Shown piece by piece: positions 19,601 to 29,700 of a stretch of DNA of 38,727 nucleotides. The stretch spans positions 1 through 38,727 of the IMG/VR virus record IMGVR_UViG_3300030116_002574. The stretch is one strand, 5' to 3'. The first letter of the stretch is position 1, and every line of letters starts with the position of its first letter. This stretch comes from a virus. Its lineage: Duplodnaviria; Caudoviricetes. The notes under the pieces are model-generated. The model was not told the origin of the DNA. It did no database searches and saw nothing but the letters and a program-made list of their open reading frames with translations. A program made the translations under genes and the position numbers.

Positions 19601-21260
19601 GTTTGAGTCTGGAAAATTTAGAGGAGATATAACAGGTGCAAGCGGAACATTCTCTGGAAACTTATCTGCTGCTGGAGGTACTTTTACAGGTAACTTAAAT
19701 GCAAGTCAGATAAACGCAGGTACATTTAGTGCGGACATAATTAGTGGTGGAACAATAGATGGTTCAAGTATAAATCTAGGTAGCGGAACATTTACAGTAG
19801 ATACTAACGGAGCTATGGTTGCTTCATCTGCAACTATTACAGGAAATATAAATGCTAATGCTGGAAGTATCGGTGGAACAAGTATAAATGCAAATACATT
19901 GGAAACTTCAAACTTTTCTAACACAGCAGGTTATCAATTAGATTCAACTGGTGCAACTTTTCATAATGTCACTATTACAGGTACATTGTCTGGTGCAAGC
20001 ATTGACGGAACTATAGATGGAACAGTAAGGACTGCTTCTGGAAATACATACATCGAATTAGCTAGTGATAATGGAAGTACAATGTCATTTGTTAAAAGTG
20101 GTGGTGCCTTTGGAACTTTACAAGATAACAGTGGATTTTTTGCTTTACAAAGCGGTGTCAACGCAAGTGGTCTTGTCTTAAGCTCTGCTGTTGGGCCTAC
20201 TAAAATAGTTACTAATGCGGGTCTAGATGTTGGAGGAAACATTGGAAACTCTAATATGGTACTTCTTGGTGGTAACAGTCCATTCTGGGGTAGCGTTCCT
20301 GCTAACGCTGGTGTAACTTCATTAACAAGTTTAAATTCAGCAATTGTATTAGGTAGTAACACCGGTGGTGTGACTATGAACTTTAACCCTAGCAACTTAG
20401 ATGATACTCATGACCATGGAACTTCTAATGCTCCGGGTGGTAGTTATGATGGTGATAATCATGGTAACAACCACGGAGTAAACTTTAGTAATGTTTTAAC
20501 TAACGCTACTCACTCTCATAATACATCAGCAGTAAACTCTTTAGCGACAGCAGCTTCATCAAGATTAAATTTAAGTAATAACTCTGGTGCTATATTAATA
20601 AATCACTTAGATACTGACCATCCTAACTTTGGTACTGGTAATGGTAACGGAAATGGTAATGGTAACTCAAACGTTTCAGCAAACCACACACACGACTATG
20701 CTGCTAACTCTCATGGACATGGTAGCTCATATTTATCTAACTCACACACTATTGGACACGCTGCACAAGGTGCAACAGCACATAATCACCCTTACTCTTC
20801 TAGCGGTCATGGTCACGGAAATACTTACGCAAGTTTTAGCCACTTTCATATAAACCCATTAACTCACGATTCAAGATTATTAAATATAAACGCTAATACT
20901 GTTCCGGGACTCAATGTAGTTAATAGATTAAATCCTGTTACTGCTAATTTCTCTGCTGCTTATTTAGAAAGAGCAAAGGCAAAACAAGGTGGAATTGATG
21001 AATTAGACGGAGTAACTTATAGGCTTACACAACAAGATGTTAAACAAGCACTTACAGACGAAGGCTTAGACCCGTCTACAATAGCAATGATTATTGAAGA
21101 TGTTACTTATGCTAAGAATGATAAGCCGGGATTAGACGAAGACGAACCTATGAAAGGTTTAATGGACGGAGAGATAGACGCAATTTTAGTACAAGCAATC
21201 AAAGATTTATCTGCTAAGATAGATTTACTAGAAGATAGAATAACAACCTTGGAGGGTTAA
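16659..21260 (+). CDS. Tail tip / central fibre protein: LamG-like domain, FN3 repeats, beta-helical stalk, His-rich segment, C-terminal S74-like chaperone domain
   Basis: EFTVEWW...WNHFAI...FEGYLDGMVITRGNAKY (LamG); PDAPT..LTWNEP..YEFGVACIDNSG and YYRVTAVDVAGNESDPS (FN3); ITTAKI/AAKITAGTI repeats; DSRL...GLNVVNRLNPV...LVQAIKDLSAKIDLLE. Confidence 0.88.
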   Translation: MSVNEKLMAPGTFNVYLNLETTPNSVLNTITPWGNIVLTSTRVNPTEFTDAQLRNMARYVGIVQNQTITEEGIEVGGIGILGYLGDTDSRGMVLARNAGVGAVRSYSRDTLDDVLDRSTSTPYGILRGEDATQKAVRKGTVVEVQYDDTVLLLNYEGSNGDTTTTDGSTFTSNQVITFSGTADISTDQAKYGNTSLHLTTDGFVTVADRPELDLTYQEFTVEWWEYRTSSSGNPTVWARNNDTYSPWIFGKAVDGNNKAFITHDGNGYGTDEDLNIDMGSIDLNQWNHFAISHKGDQFRTFKNGVIQQTDTRPELFVRVSSDSLQIGKGQDGNFFEGYLDGMVITRGNAKYWDAFTPSTSAPTATTANKTYTGKHYMESAYKALKTICTTLDAEFKMQNDGTIDVGPRTSLFTGHEDNEPTGMIVRRLSGLDAGVKGYSGADLKTEFNAEDFVSRVELIASQYGKEINLGQADAKDIPYKDLHGNELERIQILSENEVPDSMRDIRAEAYLNEYNKVQKTLSVGLEDYDLSGDIGVGDVIFVFDPEVGFEDTQADATLENRDRHEIAYQGQILNPIKIRVMGLSFPITDSMGVFYRDSNGNYTDLTDYVSFESGITQVEVGSTTPNINEDLRASAAVIAVGGTNEFTVPDAPTSFAAASGTYQDGAGRPFAFAKLTWNEPTNTDGSRITDGNMYRVRYRQVTDVDGNNLIDSNDNQVTDYEYLTVEFGTTAVVIKGLGPNNTYEFGVACIDNSGFSGGFAVITASQMPADATIPPEPTAPTGSFGSIASSATKVQITHKLGAAKTVAGAVISSPTNFSLPRDIDHLNVYRGTTSSFTISSTNFVGEIAARAGHIDGSIPAIGTFAASTAGTAYYRVTAVDVAGNESDPSTAVSVTEELISTAFIDDATITTAKIGDLAVTDAKIDTLTAAKITAGTISGKEIIIDTDSATDPSNPVLGTIRSSGYVADNAGWIIKSDGSVEFESGKFRGDITGASGTFSGNLSAAGGTFTGNLNASQINAGTFSADIISGGTIDGSSINLGSGTFTVDTNGAMVASSATITGNINANAGSIGGTSINANTLETSNFSNTAGYQLDSTGATFHNVTITGTLSGASIDGTIDGTVRTASGNTYIELASDNGSTMSFVKSGGAFGTLQDNSGFFALQSGVNASGLVLSSAVGPTKIVTNAGLDVGGNIGNSNMVLLGGNSPFWGSVPANAGVTSLTSLNSAIVLGSNTGGVTMNFNPSNLDDTHDHGTSNAPGGSYDGDNHGNNHGVNFSNVLTNATHSHNTSAVNSLATAASSRLNLSNNSGAILINHLDTDHPNFGTGNGNGNGNGNSNVSANHTHDYAANSHGHGSSYLSNSHTIGHAAQGATAHNHPYSSSGHGHGNTYASFSHFHINPLTHDSRLLNINANTVPGLNVVNRLNPVTANFSAAYLERAKAKQGGIDELDGVTYRLTQQDVKQALTDEGLDPSTIAMIIEDVTYAKNDKPGLDEDEPMKGLMDGEIDAILVQAIKDLSAKIDLLEDRITTLEG

Positions 21261-21502
21261 TGTCGATTACATATACTATATTCGATGACTCAGTTGAAGA
21301 ACCTATAGAAATTAGAGTTCAGATGATGAGAGACGAAATAGAGTCACTTGAAAAAGCACACTACGAAATGGTTAATGGAGATATTGATTATACTGATGAT
21401 GAGATAGCTGCTATGGAAACTACTATTACTGAAAAAGTTTCTGGGTACAATACTCTTTGTCAATCATTACCAACAGACCATGAGTGGTATCAAGCACCAT
21501 AA
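21260..21502 (+). CDS. Small acidic hypothetical protein (possible fibre chaperone)
   Basis: TAATG overlap, GGAGG RBS, 80 aa helical and acidic. Confidence 0.7.
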   Translation: MSITYTIFDDSVEEPIEIRVQMMRDEIESLEKAHYEMVNGDIDYTDDEIAAMETTITEKVSGYNTLCQSLPTDHEWYQAP

Positions 21503-21506
21503 ATAA

Positions 21507-22262
21507 ATGAAATTTAGCTTGGGAGGCAAGCAATTCATTGAATTTGCTACAGATGTGGAGGGACTCGAACAGGTAGCTCCAGTACAAAAATCTACACACT
21601 TTACACCTAGATGGTTTAAAGATATGAAAGATTATATACCACAAGAACCTACACCGGATGGAAGTGTTCCCGGTAGGTATGGTAAATCAGAAGAGACAGC
21701 TAAGAAGTGGTCTGGTGGAACTGTGAAACGTTGTCCTGCAATAATAGACTTGATTACAGAGGGATTTATTATACCAATGTGGTGTGACTTTTTATTACAG
21801 AGAGATAATCAAGTACTTGAATGGGACAATAAAAACTTTCCTTATGGTATTGAGTTTCATGGTAATTCACAAATACACAATTGGAAACTAAAGAAGAATG
21901 ATTTTAGAGAAGGTGTAAAGTTTAATAATCCTTGGAGAATATATACACCACCCGGATATTCAGTAATGTTTATGGCTCCTTACTATCAATTTGAACAAAG
22001 GTTTACAGTATTGCCGGGAATAGTAGAAACAGACAGTTATCATCACGTAAATTTTCCTACAATAATTCACACAAAGAAAGATACAATTATAGAAAGAGGT
22101 ACACCATTTATGCAGGTTATACCTTTCAAGAGAGACAATTGGAATCTTGATGTGTCAACAATGACACCAGAACAAGTTAAAAAAGATACAGCACAAAAGT
22201 TAGAATTATCTACAAAATTCAAGAACTCATATAGAAACATAACCCGAAGATTAACTTCCTAA
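21507..22262 (+). CDS. Conserved phage protein, DUF6065-like (predicted dUTPase-like beta fold)
   Basis: TVKRCPAIID..GFIIPMWCD, KFNNPWRIYTPPGYS, LPGIVETDSY, RGTPFMQVIPFKR; paralog of 36833..37645. Confidence 0.6.
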   Translation: MKFSLGGKQFIEFATDVEGLEQVAPVQKSTHFTPRWFKDMKDYIPQEPTPDGSVPGRYGKSEETAKKWSGGTVKRCPAIIDLITEGFIIPMWCDFLLQRDNQVLEWDNKNFPYGIEFHGNSQIHNWKLKKNDFREGVKFNNPWRIYTPPGYSVMFMAPYYQFEQRFTVLPGIVETDSYHHVNFPTIIHTKKDTIIERGTPFMQVIPFKRDNWNLDVSTMTPEQVKKDTAQKLELSTKFKNSYRNITRRLTS

Positions 22263-22288
22263 TAGTATCATAGATTCTAGGGAGAATC

Positions 22289-22573
22289 ATGAGCGAAGAA
22301 ACACCTAAGCCTAAAAAGGACACATTTGAATATAAATTACTATCTCACGGGGACAAACTTTCTATGGTTTTAGAAGGTATGTTTAATATGGAGCAAGCTT
22401 TGTTTCAACACAATATGAATCGACTTGCTGAAAATCATTCTGATTATGATGAATGGGTATCTACCGATAAAGATATTAAAAAAGAGATTATGAGACTCAG
22501 ATATGTATATGAAAAAATGGGAGGGAACTGGGAAAATACTCAAGAGTATGATGAGTATGGAGAACCAGTCTAA
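22289..22573 (+). CDS. Small hypothetical protein
   Basis: GGGAG RBS, 94 aa, TAATG overlap with the next gene. Confidence 0.7.
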   Translation: MSEETPKPKKDTFEYKLLSHGDKLSMVLEGMFNMEQALFQHNMNRLAENHSDYDEWVSTDKDIKKEIMRLRYVYEKMGGNWENTQEYDEYGEPV

Positions 22574-23712
22574 TGGCCCAAACTGACCATACTCATACTA
22601 CGGAGGAGATGGCGACCAGTACGTCGTATACGTACACCTTTCAAGGCTTCCAAACTGAAAACTATACAACTAAGATACAATCTTACCAAGACATACTTTA
22701 CCTAGATGGTAAATCTGTAATATCTGATGGTGCTTTATCTTTAGGTACTTCAACAAACAATCCTGTATATTTAGGTGCAGATTCTACTGCATATATAAAG
22801 CTTGAAACAGATGGTACTCTCAATATACTATCTGGTAAATTATCTATCAATAGTGATACAGGTTCAGTAGGACAAGTATTATCTACAGATGGAAATGGTA
22901 ATCTATCTTGGCTTACAGTAGATTACACACAATTTGCTTTTTCTAATATAGCTGTATCTGGAGAAACAACAGTACAAGCTAGTTCTACAAGTGATACCTT
23001 AACTTTTGCTGAAGGTTCTGGTATAAATATTACAACATCGGGTAGTACAGTAACTATTGCTAGTGATACTTCTGCACATAATGCCTTTAAATATATAGCA
23101 CCACTAGATGGAGCGGGTTCAACTTCTGGTAGTCAGATAGAAGCAGATAGCCAAAGTGATACACTTACTTTTGTTGCTGGTTCTGGTATGACACTTACCT
23201 TTGATGAAAACAACGATAAGATTACTTTTGCAGCTACTCAAACAGGTGACGCTAACCAAAATGCTTTTTCTTCTATTAGTGTTAGTGGTCAATCAACATT
23301 AGGTGCAGCTCAAGCTAGTGAGACAGTAACATTTGACTCTTCTACTGATAGAAATGAGCTAGATATAACAACTGACACAGCAAACAAAAAAGTTACCTTC
23401 AAAGCTAAATTACCAAGAACTTTAAGTATGAGTGGTAGAATACCAACAAGGCTTAGTGACGGAAGTATATCTGGAATGCCTCTTAAAAACCACTTCTTTA
23501 ACCAAACTGTTAGCGGTGTAAATGTTAGTGGTGGAGGTTCATCAGTAGGTTTTAGTGCAAGAGCAGTAGTCTGTAAAGAAGCAGATGGTACTACTCATAA
23601 ATTAACTATGCCTGCGTCCGGTGACAATAGCTTATTATTTACTGTAGGTACAGATTCTTCCGGAACTTCACTTGGAACACTAGAAGTAGACATGACAGAA
23701 AGTAATTTATAA
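22573..23712 (+). CDS. Tail fibre-associated protein with three internal repeats
   Basis: GSVGQVLSTDGNGNLSW fibre motif; three copies of (N)AF..I...G......A....DTLTF..G.G..IT. Confidence 0.8.
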   Translation: MAQTDHTHTTEEMATSTSYTYTFQGFQTENYTTKIQSYQDILYLDGKSVISDGALSLGTSTNNPVYLGADSTAYIKLETDGTLNILSGKLSINSDTGSVGQVLSTDGNGNLSWLTVDYTQFAFSNIAVSGETTVQASSTSDTLTFAEGSGINITTSGSTVTIASDTSAHNAFKYIAPLDGAGSTSGSQIEADSQSDTLTFVAGSGMTLTFDENNDKITFAATQTGDANQNAFSSISVSGQSTLGAAQASETVTFDSSTDRNELDITTDTANKKVTFKAKLPRTLSMSGRIPTRLSDGSISGMPLKNHFFNQTVSGVNVSGGGSSVGFSARAVVCKEADGTTHKLTMPASGDNSLLFTVGTDSSGTSLGTLEVDMTESNL

Positions 23713-26700
23713 TGGCCGCAAAAAGTCCAATAAGGTACGTTTTTGACAATAGCGGTAACGTTGTTGAGTTCTCCGAGTTTCAAGCAGCAGACTTCATTGC
23801 AATAAGTGATGGTGGTACAGGTGCTGTAACCGCTTCCGCTGCAAGAACTGCTCTTGGACTAGAGATAGGTGTAGATGTTCAAGGATATGACGCTGAACTA
23901 CAAGCTCTATCTGGATTAACACCAACAGACGGAAACTTTATTGTTGGTAATGGAACTACATTTGTAAACGAATCTGGCTCAACAGCAAGAGATTCTTTAG
24001 GATTAGGTACATCAGACTCAGTACAATTCAATACAATACTTACATCTAACTTAACTGTTAGTGGTCCTTCTATTGCATTAGAGGGAGCAACAGATGACGC
24101 TTTTGAAACTACACTTGCTGTAACTGACCCTACTGCTGACAGAACAATAACTTTTCCAGACTCATCCGGTACAGTAGCTTTATTATCTGACGTACAAGCT
24201 TCTGACACATTAGCAGAAATGGGTGATGTTACTTTCTCTAGTTTGGCTAATGGAGACTTTTTAAGATATGACGGCTCTGGTTGGATAAATGACCCTGTTA
24301 ACTTATCTACAGATACTATTGGTGATTATGTACAAAACTTAGTAGCTGGTACTGGTATAAGTGTCAGCGTTACTTCTGGAGAAGGACAAACACCTACAGT
24401 TGCTTTATCAGCAGGTTTAAATGATTTATCAGACGTTACTTTAACTTCTACTGCTACAGGAGACATTCTTAGATACAATGGTTCAGCATTTATAAATGAA
24501 CCACTTAACTTAGGAACAGATACTGAAGGTGCATACGTTGCAAGTCTTGTTGCTGGTACAGGTATTGACTTAGCAAATAATACAGGTGAAACAGCAACAC
24601 CAACTATTACAGTTGACTTAGGTGACTTTGATACAGACAGCTTATCTGAAGGTTCAACTAATTTATATTTTACTGCTGAAAGAGTTGATGACAGGGTCGC
24701 TGCATTATTAGTAGATTCTACATCAAGCGGAATAGATATAAGCTATGACGACAACAATAACCAACTAACTTTAACTGTAGATTTACCAGAAGTAGAAGAC
24801 GCATTAGAGGATATAGTAAACGGCCTTATCGTTGGTGGAACAGGTATAACATCTACTTATGATGATACTGCTGGAACTTTAACTTTAACAATACCTCAAG
24901 AAGTAGGAACAACAAGCGATGTAACCTTTAATCAAGTTACTGCTGACTTAGTTGGTAATGTTACAGGTAACGTTACAGGAAATGTTACTGGTACTGTATC
25001 CTCAATAACAAATCACGACACAGATTCTTTAACAGAAGGCTCAACTAACTTATACTTTACCAATGCAAGAGCAAGAGGTGCGGTATCAGCTACTGATTCT
25101 GGAGGAGATGGTTCTTTTAGTTACGATAGCTCTACAGGTGCATTCACATACACAGGACCATCTGCTTCAGAAGTCAGAGCTCATATAACAGGCGGTACAG
25201 GTGTAACAATATCATCTGGTGAAATCGCAATAGGTCAGTCAGTTGGAACTACTGACAATGTTACTTTCAATAATATAGACGCAGACGGAAATGTAGTAAT
25301 TGACGGAAACTTAACTGTATCTGGTACAACTACAACTGTTAACACAGAAACTATTAATCTTGCTGACAATGTTATAACTCTTAACTCTAACGCTACAGGT
25401 TCAGCTTCACAAAATGGTGGACTTGAGATAGAAAGAGGAGATGATAGTAATAAGACTTTCCTTTGGAACGAAACAGATGATAAATGGACTGTTGGTTCTG
25501 AGACATTCGTAGCTGGGACTTTTGAAGGAGCCTTGACTGGAAATGTCACAGGAACTGTGTCAAGCATTAGTAATCACGACACTGATAGCTTAAGTGAAGG
25601 CTCCACCAACCTTTACTATACAGACGCTAGAGTTTCTACTTACTTAACAGGTGGAACAGGTATAACAGAATCTTCTGGAACACTCAGCATAGACTTCTCT
25701 GAGTTTGATACAGATAACATGACTGAAGGCTCTACAAATCTTTACCATACTGCTGCAAGAGCAAGAGTTGCTTTATCTGGAAGCACAGGTATAACTTATG
25801 ACAATAGCACAGGTGCTATATCTATTGACGGAACAGTAGTAACAGAAACTTCTACTGATACGTTAACTAATAAAACAATTAACTTTGAAAACAACACAGC
25901 AATAATTGAATACGCTGTAACAGTATCTAATGCTTCTGGTGGTAACAAGTTTTACTTAGACGGACAACTAGCAAGTACTGTACAGCTTATACCGGGCGTT
26001 ACTTATAGATTTGATACATCAGATTCATCAACATCTGGTCATCCATTTGCTTTATCAGAAACTAAAGACGGAACTCATAATAGCGGTAGTGCTTATACAA
26101 CAGGCGTAACTACTAATGGCTCACAAGGTTCAAGCGGTGCTTATACACAAATAGTTGTAGATGGTATGACACCTAACTTGTACTACTACTGTACAGCACA
26201 CTCTGGTATGGGTAATGACGGAATGCTTCGTGTCAAGACACAAGATACTGATGATGTATCAGAGGGTTCTAATAACTTATACTATACAGACGCAAGAGCA
26301 CAAGCTGCAATTACAGGTAGCACAGGAATAAATGTTTCTTCCGGTGCTGTATCCATAGACAGTACTGTTGTTACTGAAACCTCTACAGATACTCTTACAA
26401 ACAAAACAATAAACTTTGAAAATAATACTGCAATAGTAGAGTTTGCAGTCACAGTAGCTAATCCGGGTTCTGGTAATAAATATTATTTAGATGGTGAACT
26501 AAACGCAAGCATTCAATTGATTCCGGGTATAACTTATAGATTTGATACCTCAGATAGCTCTGTGTCTGGACACCCATTATTACTATCAACAACTAAGAAT
26601 GGTACACATGGTTCTGGTAGCAACTATACAACTGGTGTAACAACTAATGGAACTCCGGGTAGCTCTGGAGCTTATACTCAAATTGTTGTTAACGCAGCAA

Positions 26701-29700
26701 CTGCTGATACTCTTTATTACTACTGTCAACATCACTCTGGAATGGGTGGAGACTCAGTTATTTCTGTTGCAGGTTCTAGTTTATCTGCAAGCACTACTGA
26801 TAACTTAACAGAAGGTAGCTCTAACCTTTACTACACAGACGCAAGGGCTAGAGGTGCAGTTTCTGTTACAGATAGTGGTGGCGATGGCTCATTAGCATAT
26901 AACTCATCAACAGGAGTATTTACATATACAGGTCCTAGTGCTTCTGAAGTAAGAGCACACATTACCGCAGGAACAGGTGTTACAATATCTTCTGGAGAAG
27001 TTGCTATTGGACAGGCTGTAGGAACAACTAGCAATGTAACTTTCAACGACTTAATAGTTAGTGGTAACTTAACTGTTAGTGGAACTACAACAACAGTAAA
27101 TACTGAAACAATAAATCTTGCTGATAATCTTATTACCTTAAATTCTAACGCTACTGGTTCTGCTTCCGAAAACGGCGGTATAGAAATAGAGCGTGGTGAC
27201 GATAGCAACAAAACTTTAATTTGGAATGAAACTGATGATAAGTGGACAATAGGTTCGGAAACATTTGTAGCAGGGACTGTAGAAGCAGCGTTGACTGGAA
27301 ATGTTACAGGTAATGTAACCGGTACTGTATCAAGTATTTCTAACCACGATACAGATAGTTTGTCAGAAGGTTCTTCAAATCTGTACTATACAGATACAAG
27401 ATTTGATACAAGACTTGGTACAAAAGATACAGATGACCTTTCAGAAGGTAGCACAAATCTTTATTACACAGACGCTAGAGCTCAAGCAGTATCTATAAAC
27501 AATGTTGTAGAAGATACAACACCACAACTTGGTGGTAACTTAGATTTAAATTCAAGTGATATTACAGGTACAGGAAATATTGATACAACTGGTGATATTA
27601 CAATAACATCCACTGCTGATACTTCAGCTGCTGGACCTATCATTAACTTAGTAAGAGATAGCGCTTCTCCTGCTGACGCAGATTACTTAGGTCAAATTAA
27701 ATTTAAAGGTGATGATGATGGCGGAGCTTCTACTGTCTACGCTAAGATAACTGGTAAAATTGACGACGCTTCTGCTGGTACAGAAGATGGTCTTATTGAA
27801 TTTGCTACAATAAAAGCTGGTTCAAGCAATATAGCTGCAAGATTAAAAACTACAAACTTTCAATTATTAAATGGTACAGGATTAGAAGTTGCTGGTAACA
27901 CAACACTATCCGGAACTCTTAATACACATACAGTTCCTAGCGGTACAGGAACAATAGCTCTAACTTCAGATATACCTAGTGACACAGGTAGCTTGAGTGA
28001 AGGAAGTAATCTATATTATACAAACGCTAGAGCAGACGCAAGAATAGCTCTAGCTAACTTACAAGACTTAGCTAATGTAGGATTCTCTGCACCGGGCTCT
28101 TCTGAAAATCAGAAAGTTGTTTCTTGGGATAACAGTGCTGGAGAATTTGTATTGTCTTCAGTATCTGGTCTATCTGGTTCTGGTGAAACTAACACAGCTT
28201 CTAATCAAGGAACTGCTGGTGTTGGTGTCTTCTATCAAAAGAGTGGTGAAGATTTACAGTTTAAGAATATCAATGCTGGCTCTGCAAAGATTACAGTTAC
28301 TGATGATACTTCTAACAATGAAATAGACATAAACTTAGGTACTGTATCAATTGATGATTTAAGTGATGTTGATACTACAACTAATGCACCATCTAGTGGT
28401 CAAGCTCTTAAATGGGATGGCTCTAACTTCGTTCCGGGTGACGCTAGCTCTAATGTATCACAACTAAACGATGTTACTCTATCTTCTTTGGCTACCGGAG
28501 AGTTATTGCAATACAATGGTAGCGCTTGGGTAAATGCAACACTAGATACTTCAGATGTAAGTGAACATTCATCAAATCTTTATTACACAGACGCACGAGT
28601 TCAATCTTACTTAAGTGGTGGAACTGGTGTAACAATGTCTGGCTCTGGTGAGTTCAGTATTGGACAGGCAGTAGCAACTACAAGCAATGTTACATTCAAT
28701 GACTTAATAGTATCTGGTAACCTTACAGTTTCTGGTACTACAACTACTGTCAATACAGAAACAATCAACTTAGCTGATAATGTAATCGTTCTTAATTCCA
28801 ATGCAACTGGCTCTGCTTCAGAGAATGGTGGTATTGAAATTGAGAGAGGTGATGACGCTAATAAGACACTTATATGGAACGAAAGCACAGATAAGTGGAC
28901 AGTTGGCTCAGAGACTTTTGTAGCTGGTACATTTGAAGGTAATGCTACAGGTATCACTACAGCAGCTATTACAGCACTAACAGAAGATACTTCCCCAGCA
29001 GAAACAGACTTAATAGTTGTTTATGACGGAAGTGCTGGCTCTTTGAAAAAGGTACAGAAATCAAACTTCGCAGCTTCTGCAACATTTAGTGTTAATGATG
29101 AAATGCCTCTTACACTTGCAGACGCAAGTTCAGACCCAATAGAATTTACAAATGTTGGTACATCTGGTACAGATATAGACTTAGTTCTTGCTGATGGTAC
29201 TGCCGACCCAATAACCATTACAAGTACTTCAAACTCTGCAACAGTATTTAGAGATAAAGATAATGATACAAAGATTATGGTTGAAGAGTCTACTGATGAA
29301 GATATTATCAGAATGGATACAGCAGGTACTGAGAGAGTCACAATTGACGCTTCTGGTGTCCTAGACATAGCCTCAGCGAAATTAGAAATAGCAGGTGCAG
29401 CAGGTAGTGCTAATCAAGTAGTTCAAACAGATGGCTCTGGAACAATAAGTTGGGGTTCAGCAGGTATTACAGAATACGACCAATGGCAATTGGTCAACAG
29501 TACAAGCCCAAATACAAATGGAGATTTATCTGGAACTTGGTCAAGATTTAACCATAAAGGTGCTACATATATTGGTACAGGTATGTCAGTTAGCTCGGGT
29601 GTATTTACATTCCCAAGTACAGGAAAATGGGAAGTACTTTTTTCAGCTAGAATAGCTAATACCGGTTCTGATGACCAACTAAATATTGACACTATGTTTA

